Shown here in pieces: positions 30,656 to 39,855 of a DNA stretch of 64,000 nucleotides. Source of the stretch: Elusimicrobiota bacterium (GTDB lineage Bacteria; Elusimicrobiota; Elusimicrobia; UBA1565); contig JBDRPD010000039.1 of the NCBI GenBank assembly GCA_043827405.1, forward strand, positions 64,001 through 128,000, written 5' to 3'. How positions within the stretch are numbered: the stretch's first letter is position 1; every line of letters starts with the position of its first letter. The translations under genes and the position numbers were made by a program. Under the pieces are notes generated by a model. It searched no databases and was not told the origin of the DNA. It saw only the letters and a list, made by a program, of their open reading frames with translations.

Positions 30656-30752
30656 GGGTCGTCTGCGCGCAGGGGCCTTCCCATAGATACGCTTCAGGCG
30701 AGTATTAGTTCCATACAGCGTTCCTGTTTCTTAATTGATACCATCTCACCCC

Positions 30753-31637
30753 ATGAAGAAGCTCGTCTGCGGCGCCCTTATCATCTCCTTCGCTCCGATC
30801 CTCGTCAAAGCCGCGAGCCTCGGCCCCACCGCCATCGCATTCTATCGCTGCGCCGCCGCCACCATGGTCATGCTCGTCCTGCTGGCCGTCATCCCCAAAA
30901 TGCGTCCGGACAGAGCGCGGATGCCGGACCCGAAGGTTCTTGTCTTCTGTCTCGGTTCCGGCTTGTTCTTCGCCCTCGATCTCTTCGTCTGGCATCGCTC
31001 TCTGGTCTGGACCGGCGCCGGCATGGGGACCATTCTCGCCAATACCCAGGTCTTCTACGTCGCGGCCATCGGCATCCTTTTTTATAAAGAAGCGGTCACT
31101 GTGCGCTTTATGATCGCCGTTCCCGCCGCCTTTATCGGCGTCTATCTCCTCGCCGCCTATCAGGCTCCGGCGCTGCGGGGGGAGAACTACCTTCTCGGCG
31201 TCGTCTGCGGCCTGACCACCGGCTTTATGTATACCGGATTTCTCGTCCTGCTCAGAAAGGCCGAGCTCCTCCTGGGAGAGAAAGGGACGCTGTGGAACCT
31301 CACCTGGATGTCGGGAAGCGCCGGCGTCTTCCTGCTGCTGTTTGCCTTGGGCGAAGGGACCCTCACCGTGCCGCGCGGCCAGGACCTTCTGTGGCTTATG
31401 CTTCTCGGCGTCGGCCCCCAGACCTGCGGCTGGCTGCTGATCACCGCCGGGCTGGCCGAGGTCCCCATTTCCAAGGCCGGGCTGGTGCTGCTGCTGCAGC
31501 CGACTTTGGCGACCGTCATGGGGGCGCTGATCTATGGAGAGCGCTTCGCGGCGGTGCAGGTTATCGGCGCGCTGCTGACTATCGGAGCGATCTACCTGGG
31601 GATAACGAGGGATATCGGCCGCGCAAGCAATCCCTGA
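30753..31637 (+). CDS. DMT/EamA family transporter
   Basis: About 10 TM helices in two repeats; FYR, LLLQP and GERF motifs. Confidence 0.9.
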   Translation: MKKLVCGALIISFAPILVKAASLGPTAIAFYRCAAATMVMLVLLAVIPKMRPDRARMPDPKVLVFCLGSGLFFALDLFVWHRSLVWTGAGMGTILANTQVFYVAAIGILFYKEAVTVRFMIAVPAAFIGVYLLAAYQAPALRGENYLLGVVCGLTTGFMYTGFLVLLRKAELLLGEKGTLWNLTWMSGSAGVFLLLFALGEGTLTVPRGQDLLWLMLLGVGPQTCGWLLITAGLAEVPISKAGLVLLLQPTLATVMGALIYGERFAAVQVIGALLTIGAIYLGITRDIGRASNP

Positions 31638-31642
31638 ACCGG
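31621..31642 (+). repeat. 22-bp direct repeat, copy 1 (includes EamA stop codon)
   Basis: GCGCAAGCAATCCCTGAACCGG, identical to 33158-33179. Confidence 0.95.
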
Positions 31643-31706
31643 CTGTGATTGTGCGGCCGTTTTAGAATGGTGTAGCATACAGTCACTCTCCCAGGGAGAT
31701 GCCCCC

Positions 31707-33140
31707 ATGAAACCAAGAACAACTTTACCGATCTGCATGGTCTTTTTCGCGCAGGTATTTGCGGGCTGTTTTGCGCCTAAGCAGAACACCGGACAGCTGA
31801 TCAAGCAGATCCAGGCTGCGGCGGTCACTACAAATGCCGATTCGCCGTACAAGGACCTCACCGTCGGGGTGGTCCAGTCCAAAAATACGATAAAGAATAT
31901 GGCGCGCAGCAGGGCGAAATGGAACGCGTCGCATTTTACGGTGATCCTTAAGACCGAGATGGAGGGGTACTGGACAATTCTTAAGCGCAATTTTAAGTCG
32001 GTGACAGATATCGATTCGCTTGAGGATTTGGGTAACAGCCCGGTGGATGTGATCGCGCTTCTGGATGTGTACGCGAAACCGCCGCCGGGCGCTTTCGGGA
32101 GCGTGAAAGTCGATGCCGGCATGACGATGTTCGTGCCTGGCGGCCGGGAACTCGATGTGTTCCGCGGCAAGAAACAGCGAAGCCAGAATGAGGGCATTTC
32201 ATTACACGATACGGACGGCCAGCAGAGGAATATGAGGCGTACTTTTAAAGAAACGCAGCAGCAATTGGAAACCGCGCTATTGGCTTCACAAAAGCTCCAG
32301 GAGTTTGCCCGGGCGCGCGGGGGCTCCGGGGGGACGACAACCCCGGCCGCCGAGCCCCGCGCATACAACTCCGACGTGGACCTCCCCGCCTATGAGCAAA
32401 ATGAGAATTCCGCTAATTATGCGATGGTCGTGGGCGTCGAAGACTATGACAACCTGCCCCGAGCCGACTTCGCGGAGCGCGATGCCCGGGCGGTGCGGGA
32501 GCATCTCCTGGCTTTGGGCTATCCTTCGCAGAATCTCATCTATCTGACCGGTCGTAAAGCTACTCGCACCAACATCACTAAGTTCCTCGAATCCTGGCTG
32601 CCGCAGAACGTGACCGAACAATCCCAGGTCTTCTTCTATTTCTCCGGCCACGGCGCGCCGGATATCGCCAGCAAATCAGCGTATCTCGTGCCTTGGGACG
32701 GCGATCCCAGCTTCCTTGAGCAGACCGCCTATCCGATCAGGAAACTCTATAAGCAGCTAAACGCTTTAAAAGCCAAGCAGGTGGTGGTCGCCATGGATGC
32801 CTGCTTTTCCGGCCAGGGCGGCCGTTCGGTTTTGGTTAAAGGTGCCCGGCCGCTGGTGCTGAAGGTGGATACCGGTCTAAGCAGCGTGAAGGGCAAGCTC
32901 GTTGCTCTGGCCGCCGCGGGCGACGAAGAGATTACCGGGACCGAGAAATCTCAGGGGCATGGTCTGTTCACATACTACCTCTTGCGGGGACTCAACGAAA
33001 TGCGCGGTAAGATAACCGTTAATGCGCTTCACGAGTACCTGCAGCCTCGGGTCCATCAGGCGGCGCGGCGCGAGAATCGCGAACAGAACCCGCGGCTTGT
33101 TTCCAGCGAAGAGTTCAAGGAGCCGATTCGCCTTCGCTGA
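31707..33140 (+). CDS. Lipoprotein with C-terminal caspase-family (C14) peptidase domain
   Basis: Lipobox FAGC; SDVD.P linker, AMVVGVEDY, FYFSGHG (His), MDACFSG (Cys), HGLFTYYLL and QNP motifs. Confidence 0.9.
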   Translation: MKPRTTLPICMVFFAQVFAGCFAPKQNTGQLIKQIQAAAVTTNADSPYKDLTVGVVQSKNTIKNMARSRAKWNASHFTVILKTEMEGYWTILKRNFKSVTDIDSLEDLGNSPVDVIALLDVYAKPPPGAFGSVKVDAGMTMFVPGGRELDVFRGKKQRSQNEGISLHDTDGQQRNMRRTFKETQQQLETALLASQKLQEFARARGGSGGTTTPAAEPRAYNSDVDLPAYEQNENSANYAMVVGVEDYDNLPRADFAERDARAVREHLLALGYPSQNLIYLTGRKATRTNITKFLESWLPQNVTEQSQVFFYFSGHGAPDIASKSAYLVPWDGDPSFLEQTAYPIRKLYKQLNALKAKQVVVAMDACFSGQGGRSVLVKGARPLVLKVDTGLSSVKGKLVALAAAGDEEITGTEKSQGHGLFTYYLLRGLNEMRGKITVNALHEYLQPRVHQAARRENREQNPRLVSSEEFKEPIRLR

Positions 33141-33153
33141 GGTGAATCGGCTC
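33120..33153 (+). terminator. 14-bp stem-loop over the caspase stop codon
   Basis: GAGCCGATTCGCCT-tcgctg-AGGTGAATCGGCTC (one G-U pair); no good U-tract. Confidence 0.5.
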
Positions 33154-33157
33154 GTTG

Positions 33158-33179
33158 GCGCAAGCAATCCCTGAACCGG
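33158..33179 (+). repeat. 22-bp direct repeat, copy 2
   Basis: Identical to 31621-31642. Confidence 0.95.
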
Positions 33180-33183
33180 GAAG

Positions 33184-33606
33184 CTACTCGTAGAGCTGCA
33201 GCAGGTAGCGGATCATGTCGGTGCTGGTAACGATTCCCTCGAGGTTCCCGTCGTCATCAACAACCGGGACGGCGTTAAAGCCGTTCTTGTACAGGACCTG
33301 GGCCGCATAGCGCACGGTATGCGAGCGGGAGATCGTGATCAGCTTCTTGGTCATGATGTCGGTGATCGAGAACTGCCGGTCCATGATGGCGTCGGCGGTG
33401 GCGTCGTCCTTGTTGGCGCTGGGCAGCACGGCGCGCATGATGTCATGGGAGCTGATCAGGCCGACCAGCTTCCGGTCCCGGACGACCGGCAGGTGATGGA
33501 TCTTGTTGTCGAGGAGAAGGTGGCGCGCTGCGCTGGGTTTCTGCTCCTCGTTGACGGCGATGATGTCCTTAGCCATGATCGACGTTATCGGCTCGTCCTG
33601 TTTCAC
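33184..33606 (-). CDS. CBS-pair domain protein
   Basis: IHHLPVV..LVGLIS and AVPVVD..LEGIVT; GTG start with GGAGG upstream. Confidence 0.9.
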   Translation of the reverse strand: MKQDEPITSIMAKDIIAVNEEQKPSAARHLLLDNKIHHLPVVRDRKLVGLISSHDIMRAVLPSANKDDATADAIMDRQFSITDIMTKKLITISRSHTVRYAAQVLYKNGFNAVPVVDDDGNLEGIVTSTDMIRYLLQLYE

Positions 33607-33673
33607 GCTGCCTCCAAAGATGCCGGCCTAGGTGACGTCTCGCGGGTATTATAGCGCGGCGCGGCGGGTTTGG

Positions 33674-34333
33674 CTACCGGACGTTCTTGGCGATGCGCAG
33701 CGTCTGATAGATCGCCAGCAGCGACAGCGCGATCCACAAGACGCCCCAGACCGCGGCCGGGATCAAGGTGAGCTCGGCGAGCATGCGGGCGTCCGAGCGG
33801 CAGGAGCGGACCATGACGTCGCTCCAGATATCGAGGACCGCGTAGCCGCAGGAGGTCACGCCGATGAGCTTGAGGATGAAGTCGTTGACATCGTCGTGCA
33901 GCCAGCGCGCCGAGGCCAGCAGCGCGGCCGTCGCGGCGGCGCCGAAGACAAAGCCGAAGATGTTGCGCACGTAGAGCGCGGTCACGAGGCCCAGCAGCAG
34001 GCCCAGGGCTCCGGTCAAAAGCTTGTCGCGCCGCGCCCAGGATGAGCCGATGATCAGCGCCGAGCCGAAGAGCAGGCTCCCCAGGTAGCCGGCGTTGAGG
34101 GTGAGGAAGCGCGAGCCGCCGCGGGTCAGGGCCAGGCCGCCTTGATTGGCTGCGAACGTGATCCGCTCGAGCGAGCCGCCGGTCGCGATCGCCGCCAGCC
34201 CGTGGCTGATCTCGTGGAAGAAAACGATGAGGATCTTCAGCGGCAGCAGGATGCGGGTGTTCCACAGCAGCGCGATCAGAACGAAGCAGCCGAACAGGCT
34301 CCAGATGTTCTTGCCGCCCCAGCGTTTTATCAT
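33674..34333 (-). CDS. M50B-like membrane metallopeptidase
   Basis: HEISH in a TM context, AGYLG, SDA motif. Confidence 0.85.
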   Translation of the reverse strand: MIKRWGGKNIWSLFGCFVLIALLWNTRILLPLKILIVFFHEISHGLAAIATGGSLERITFAANQGGLALTRGGSRFLTLNAGYLGSLLFGSALIIGSSWARRDKLLTGALGLLLGLVTALYVRNIFGFVFGAAATAALLASARWLHDDVNDFILKLIGVTSCGYAVLDIWSDVMVRSCRSDARMLAELTLIPAAVWGVLWIALSLLAIYQTLRIAKNVR

Positions 34334-34341
34334 CGCGGCTC

Positions 34342-35100
34342 CTATTTTAACCTGCGCGCGTCATCGTCCGAGAGTATCCGGCCGAAGTGGCGGCCTTGGA
34401 TCTCCGCGATCCTGGGATCAAAATTCTTTTCGTCGGCGTCGGCGCCGCCGTAGCGCAGGCCGACGAAGGGAATCGACAGGCTGGATTCGACCGACTCCAG
34501 ATTGTAGCGCTTGTCGTCGATCATGACGATGCGCGCGGGCTTAAGTCCTGCTTTGTCCAGGAACTGCTTGAGGACCTCTCCTTTGGGATTGCCGTGGGCG
34601 AAAAGCACTCCGTTGTGAAAAGCCGCAGGTTTAGGCAGGTCGAGGGTGAGGCCGTCCGGGGCCGCGGGCCGGCTCCGGAAGTCTACATTGACTTCGAGAA
34701 GCTGACGGAAGGTGTCCCAGTGGAAGCGGGGGTCGCGGGCGGTGAGGGCCATGACCATATGGCCTTTCTGGATGAGGCGGATGAACTTGGGGCCGCCGCT
34801 TTCGACCGGGACCATGCTTGAGATCTTATGCACGCGGTTCCAAAAGGCGATAGCCCGTTTATGCGCGTCCTCTTCGCTCAGCCCTTCCTTGAGGTAGCCC
34901 TTGACCAGCCCGTCGTACCACATATGGGTGCCGAGCATCTGAGCGGGCTTCATCACCGTATTGTCCAGATCGAAGATGACCAAGGTCCCCGTGGACAGGT
35001 GCGCCTTGGCTTCCGCCAGCGACTTAATCTCGAATATCTCGCAGCGGCCGGGCACCGCCAGCGCCGCGCCGATGAATAATGCGGTCAGAATTCGCTTCAT
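34342..35100 (-). CDS. Exported HAD-like protein (DUF2608-like)
   Basis: Signal peptide; FDLDNT, LTAR, KG and IDD motifs. Confidence 0.75.
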   Translation of the reverse strand: MKRILTALFIGAALAVPGRCEIFEIKSLAEAKAHLSTGTLVIFDLDNTVMKPAQMLGTHMWYDGLVKGYLKEGLSEEDAHKRAIAFWNRVHKISSMVPVESGGPKFIRLIQKGHMVMALTARDPRFHWDTFRQLLEVNVDFRSRPAAPDGLTLDLPKPAAFHNGVLFAHGNPKGEVLKQFLDKAGLKPARIVMIDDKRYNLESVESSLSIPFVGLRYGGADADEKNFDPRIAEIQGRHFGRILSDDDARRLK

Positions 35101-35148
35101 GCTTCCCTCCCTGCTACAAGTCTATGAAAAATTGGTAAGCTCGTCTCC

Positions 35149-35862
35149 ATGAACAGAAAATCAGCCTTCCTGCTCGTCGCAGCCCTTTTGTGCGCCTGCG
35201 CTCCCAAGAGCGAGCCGCAGGTTAAAACACAGACGCCGCCGGCAGCGTCCGCTCCGCCGGCGCCTGCCCCGATTCCCGCCGCGGCAGTCAAGACGGCGGC
35301 CCCCATACCGGGCAACGCCACCGCGACCGCGCCGGAGACCTTCAAGGCGCGGTTCAAGACCACCAAGGGGGAGTTCGTGATCGAGGCGCACCGTTCCTGG
35401 TCGCCGCACGGCGCCGACCGCTTCTACAATCTGGTAAAGCTCGGCTACTTTGAGAATGTCGCCTGCTTCCGCGTGGTATCCGGCTTTATGGCCCAGTTCG
35501 GCATTCACGGTGATCCGGCGCTCAGCGCCCAGTGGCGCGAAGCGAAGATCCCGGACGATCCGGCGATCGGGCAATCCAATGCGAGAGGCGCGATTTCCTT
35601 CGCCATGGCGGGCCCGAACACCAGGACCGTCCAGCTCTTCATCAACTACGTGGACAACCGCATGCTCGACGGCATGGGATTTACGCCGTTCGGCCGGGTG
35701 GTCTCGGGGATGGAGGTCGTCGACCAGTTGCACGGCGGCTACGGCGACGGCCCGCCGCGCGGCCGCGGCCCGAACCAAGGGCTGATTCAGACCCAGGGCA
35801 ATGACTACCTCCGCCGGCACTTCGACGGCCTGGACTATATCCTGAGCGCTTCGCTCGAGTAG
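35149..35862 (+). CDS. Cyclophilin-type peptidyl-prolyl isomerase, lipoprotein
   Basis: Lipobox LCAC; FRVVSGFMAQFG, ISFAMAGPNTR, QLFIN and PFGRV motifs. Confidence 0.92.
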   Translation: MNRKSAFLLVAALLCACAPKSEPQVKTQTPPAASAPPAPAPIPAAAVKTAAPIPGNATATAPETFKARFKTTKGEFVIEAHRSWSPHGADRFYNLVKLGYFENVACFRVVSGFMAQFGIHGDPALSAQWREAKIPDDPAIGQSNARGAISFAMAGPNTRTVQLFINYVDNRMLDGMGFTPFGRVVSGMEVVDQLHGGYGDGPPRGRGPNQGLIQTQGNDYLRRHFDGLDYILSASLE

Positions 35863-35866
35863 CCGG

Positions 35867-36862
35867 CTATTCGGGAAACAGCCGGAAGCGCAGGTGCGCT
35901 CCCTGCAGGCGGCTGTAGAGCTCGTAAAAGCGCAGATACAGCCCCGTCGACAGCAAGGCCAGCAGGCAGGTGGCGGTGCGGAAGAAGCCGAAGCGCGTGC
36001 GGCCGTACCTGCGCGCCAGCTCGGACCATTGCGCCGCGGCTTCGCGCCATTCGCCGCGCATCCGGTAAAGCAGGATGCGCCGCCGAAAATACTCCATCTC
36101 TTCCTGCTGCCGGTAGCGCTCGGTGAACTCCTTGCCGTGCAGGTCCAAGAGCGGGTCGATTTCCCGGTGAAAGATCGCGTTCATCTTCATGTCGAGTTCG
36201 AGTTTCCGGGGGCTGCGGTATCCTGCAAAGCAAAAATTTCCGCCATGGTTGCGGTGCACCCCTAGAATCTTCGGGATGTTGACCGCCTTGGCGCGAAACA
36301 GTACTTTCACGAAGAGCATGTCGTCGAGGTAATAGAAGACGTCCTTGGGGATGGGCAGCGCGCGGACCAGCTCGGACCGGCGGAAGGCCAGTCCGCTGGT
36401 CGCCGTGAAGTGGATGCGCTTGTCCAGGAAGTCTTCCAGCGTATAGCTCTCCGGCCAGTCCGGGAAACGCTGGGGCAGCGGGCGCCCGGCGGCGTCCACG
36501 TCCTGCAGGAAGTGCTGGACGATGCCGACCCGTTTGTCGGCGAAGGGGGCGGCGACCGCTGCCAGCTTCTCGGGCTTCCAGTAGTCGTCCGAATCCAGCA
36601 GGCAGATGATGTCGCCGCGCGCCGCCTCGAAGCCGGTATTGAAGGCGGTCGCCTGTCCCCTGTTCTCCTGCAGTATCGCGCGTACCCGCTCGCCGAAGGA
36701 ACGGATGACGCTGCGCGAGTCGTCGGTCGAGCCGTCGTCGACCACGATGCATTCCACCTCGCCGTCGTATTTCTGGCGCAGCACGCCGTCGATCGCCTCG
36801 CCGAGATAGCGGCCGTAGTTGTAGTTGTCTATGACAACCGAGACCTTGGGGGTGAACACCAT
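35867..36862 (-). CDS. Glycosyltransferase family 2
   Basis: VSVVIDNYN, VVDDGSTD, LLDSDD. Confidence 0.92.
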   Translation of the reverse strand: MVFTPKVSVVIDNYNYGRYLGEAIDGVLRQKYDGEVECIVVDDGSTDDSRSVIRSFGERVRAILQENRGQATAFNTGFEAARGDIICLLDSDDYWKPEKLAAVAAPFADKRVGIVQHFLQDVDAAGRPLPQRFPDWPESYTLEDFLDKRIHFTATSGLAFRRSELVRALPIPKDVFYYLDDMLFVKVLFRAKAVNIPKILGVHRNHGGNFCFAGYRSPRKLELDMKMNAIFHREIDPLLDLHGKEFTERYRQQEEMEYFRRRILLYRMRGEWREAAAQWSELARRYGRTRFGFFRTATCLLALLSTGLYLRFYELYSRLQGAHLRFRLFPE

Positions 36863-36863
36863 G

Positions 36864-38366
36864 TCAGCGGGCGGCGTTCGCTGCGCTCGCGCGCAGGATG
36901 CTGGCCGGCAGCGGCCCCGGCTGTCCCATGGAGTGCTCGTAGCGCCGGGCGTTGCCGGACGGGTTGAAGGGGATGCTTAGGGCGGCGCGGACATCGCGCT
37001 CGGCCGCGTCGCGCAGCTCCACCAGGCGCTCAGCGCTTAGGTGCTCGGTAAAGACAAATGACTGGTAGCCGCCGTCCGGATCTCCCTTGTAGTAATCCGC
37101 CACCTGCGTGTAGTCGACCTCGCGCGCGAAGAGCTTGTCGCCCGTCTTCTCGTAAGTGTAGACCCATAGGCCGACTTTGTCCGCGACCGGTACGGCACGG
37201 TCGTAGTACGGCGTGCCGGGATAGGTGGTGATCAATGTGATGTCGAAATCCGCCGGCTTGACCTCGAGCAGCCAGTCGCTCGTGTCGCGGATGGTCTTTT
37301 CGGATTCGCCCGGGTGCCCGACGGACATCAGCGCCTTGACCTTGAGGTCGTGGCGCCTGGCGATCTCCATGCAGCGGGTATTATCCTCGCGCGTGGCTTT
37401 CTTGCTGATGTTCTCGAGGATGCGGGGCGAGCCGGATTCGAAGCCGGTGAGGATCCAGCGGAAGCCCGCCTCGCGCATCGCCTCCGCCTGCACGTCGGTG
37501 AAGAGCTGGGATTTAATAAAGCCGCGCAGGCGAAACTCGACGCCCAGGCGGTCCTGCAGAGCGCGGATAGCGCGCATGAGCTCGACGATGCGGGGGTTGA
37601 CGTTGAGCTCGTCGTCGTAGAGCATGAAGCCGCGCACGCCGTAGGTCTTGTGGATATGCTCCATCTCGGCGACGATATTCCCGGGGCTGCGCATGCGTAT
37701 CCGGCGCAGCATCGGCGACTCGCGGCCGCCGCAAAAGCCGCACTGGAACGGACAGCCGAGCTGGGCGATCATGGACATGGCTCGCAGGCCTTCGATCTCG
37801 TAGCGGTAGCTCTCGGCGTCGATCAGGTGCCGGGCCGGAAAAGGCAGCTCGTCGAGCCGCTGGTTGGACAGAAACAGCGGCGAAGCCGGATCATCGGCGT
37901 CGATGAGCTGCCGTTCACCCTTCAGCGCTTCGAAGATCGCGTCCTCGCCGTCGCCGGCGACCAGGATGTCGTACATCTCCTGCAGCTGCTTGAAGGCCGC
38001 GGTCGCGCGTCCCGGCGTCCCCCGCTTTTTTTCCCGCTTGCAGGCCGCGTTGACCAGAGTGATATGGGGGCCGCCCAGAATCACGCGGGCATCCGGGCGT
38101 TGGCCGCGCAGGACCTTGAGGATTTTGGTCGCCGCCGGGAGCTGCGGCGTGGTCGCGGTAAGACCGAAGATTTTGGCGCCGGAGGCCGCCGCATGGATGG
38201 CCGCGACCTCTTCGAAATTCTCCACGCCGGAGAGGTCGAGCATTTCAACCGCATGCCCCGCCTTTTCCAGGACCGCGGCGATCTTGAGAATGCCCAGGGT
38301 CATGAAGACGCGCTCATCGAGCAGGAAGATCGACGGCGGGGTGATAAGGCAGATTTTTTCGCTCAT
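36864..38366 (-). CDS. B12-binding radical SAM protein
   Basis: N-terminal cobalamin-binding domain (LGGPH, GDGE); CPFQCGFC; GFESGS; YPGT. Confidence 0.92.
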   Translation of the reverse strand: MSEKICLITPPSIFLLDERVFMTLGILKIAAVLEKAGHAVEMLDLSGVENFEEVAAIHAAASGAKIFGLTATTPQLPAATKILKVLRGQRPDARVILGGPHITLVNAACKREKKRGTPGRATAAFKQLQEMYDILVAGDGEDAIFEALKGERQLIDADDPASPLFLSNQRLDELPFPARHLIDAESYRYEIEGLRAMSMIAQLGCPFQCGFCGGRESPMLRRIRMRSPGNIVAEMEHIHKTYGVRGFMLYDDELNVNPRIVELMRAIRALQDRLGVEFRLRGFIKSQLFTDVQAEAMREAGFRWILTGFESGSPRILENISKKATREDNTRCMEIARRHDLKVKALMSVGHPGESEKTIRDTSDWLLEVKPADFDITLITTYPGTPYYDRAVPVADKVGLWVYTYEKTGDKLFAREVDYTQVADYYKGDPDGGYQSFVFTEHLSAERLVELRDAAERDVRAALSIPFNPSGNARRYEHSMGQPGPLPASILRASAANAAR

Positions 38367-38432
38367 TTTCACGAGTATACCCGACCTGCTGAAATAATGC
38401 AATAAGTCGCGCCGCACCGACTCCGCCGCCGC

Positions 38433-39443
38433 TTAAGTCGCGCTGAGCAGGGGCGCCAGGCCCTTTTTCAGGCAGCCGGCCCATAGTCCGTGCAGGCGCT
38501 CATTGGGATGGCCTTCGCCCGGGACCTTGAACTCCGGACGGAACATGCCGGGGACACGGCAGTCGATGTAGTCGATGCCGGCCGCACTGAAGAACGCCGC
38601 GTACCGCTCTCCTTTTTCCGCAGAAAGGTTTAGCAGCACCACGATCAGCCGCGAACCTTCGGCCCGGGAAAAACGGTTAAGCTCCGCGAGCAGTTTGCGG
38701 GTGACCTCCTCCGCCTGAGCGATATGTGAGGCGCTGCGTCTGCGGGTCCAGGCGTCCCGGATCAGCGATATGAGCGCCGACCGTTCGTCGAGACGCTTCA
38801 TCGGGTAGCCCGCCGGCGGGCGGCAATCAAGCTCACCGCCGTTCCCGGCCCGGCAGTAGGGCACCTGCAGATGGGCGCGCCGGGAAAAAAGGGTAAGAAA
38901 ACGCAGCCAGCGGGGGTCTCCGACATTTCTCAGTTCATGATGCTGCACGAAGCCGTAGAGCACGAAGCGCGGATTCGGCCGTCCCTGCAGGACATGGCGC
39001 TTGAGCGCCAATAGGGATTGATAGGTGCCGTACGCGCCCGTTCCGTAATTCAGCACCGTCGTGCCGGGGAAATCCGCGCGCAGCTTCCAGGCGTACGTGT
39101 CCTCGTCCGAGACCGCCCAGCCTTGCGTGAAGGAACCGCCCAGGACGACGACGGCGGGTTTCGTATCTGTCCGCCCGGGGGCGGTTGCGCGCAGCCCATC
39201 GTCCCAAAACGTCATGCGGATATCCGGCAGGCCGTCCTGATATGCCGGGATTACGTAGCGTCCCGCTTTGCTGCGCCAGCCGAGTTCGGGATCCGGCTCG
39301 TGCATCGTCGGCTCGTTGGGATAAATCCTCGGCTGCCAGCCGTATCCCCGGGCGCGCAGGCCCGCCTCAACGGCAGCCAGCGTCACGCAGGCGCTTAGCA
39401 GCGCCAGGATCAGCTTCTTGGCGGCTTCCGACCTCCGGTTCAC
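38433..39443 (-). CDS. Membrane-anchored SGNH/GDSL-like hydrolase or O-acyltransferase
   Basis: N-terminal TM; DPELGW, LGGSFTQG, NYGTGAYG, EGHPN. Confidence 0.75.
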   Translation of the reverse strand: MNRRSEAAKKLILALLSACVTLAAVEAGLRARGYGWQPRIYPNEPTMHEPDPELGWRSKAGRYVIPAYQDGLPDIRMTFWDDGLRATAPGRTDTKPAVVVLGGSFTQGWAVSDEDTYAWKLRADFPGTTVLNYGTGAYGTYQSLLALKRHVLQGRPNPRFVLYGFVQHHELRNVGDPRWLRFLTLFSRRAHLQVPYCRAGNGGELDCRPPAGYPMKRLDERSALISLIRDAWTRRRSASHIAQAEEVTRKLLAELNRFSRAEGSRLIVVLLNLSAEKGERYAAFFSAAGIDYIDCRVPGMFRPEFKVPGEGHPNERLHGLWAGCLKKGLAPLLSAT

Positions 39444-39808
39444 TCGGGAACAAGCGCGCGGACCTTGTCGATCAGCTGCTGGCGGCGGAAAGGCTTGACG
39501 AGGTAATCGTCGGCGCCGACTTTTAGGGCGTCGGCTTTATCGTTGTCGTAGACTTTTGAGGAGGCGACCAGGATGCGCATGCCCTGCAGGGTGTCATCGG
39601 CCCGCAGCCGCTCGCATACGGTGAAGCCATGGAGGCCCGGCATCAAGAGGTCGACGATGGCGATGTCCGGCTTCCAATCATGCGCCTTGGCGATACCGCT
39701 CTTGCCTTCCATCGTGCAGAAGGTCTCAAAGCCCTCGTCGCGGAGCATCTTCGCCATCAGCGTGGAGAGGTCCTCGTCGTCGTCGATAATTAGGGCCTTG
39801 GGCTTCAT
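39440..39808 (-). CDS. Single-domain response regulator (CheY-like)
   Basis: IIDDD, DLLMPG, GADDYLVKPF. Confidence 0.93.
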   Translation of the reverse strand: MKPKALIIDDDEDLSTLMAKMLRDEGFETFCTMEGKSGIAKAHDWKPDIAIVDLLMPGLHGFTVCERLRADDTLQGMRILVASSKVYDNDKADALKVGADDYLVKPFRRQQLIDKVRALVPE

Positions 39809-39819
39809 TCCAGGGATGT

Positions 39820-39848
39820 AGTGTAGCGTTCGGCGTCGGCGTCGTCAA
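39820..39848 (-). promoter_or_regulatory. Sigma70 promoter for the response regulator operon
   Basis: TTGACG-17 nt-TACACT on the minus strand. Confidence 0.65.
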
Positions 39849-39855
39849 GCGGTTC

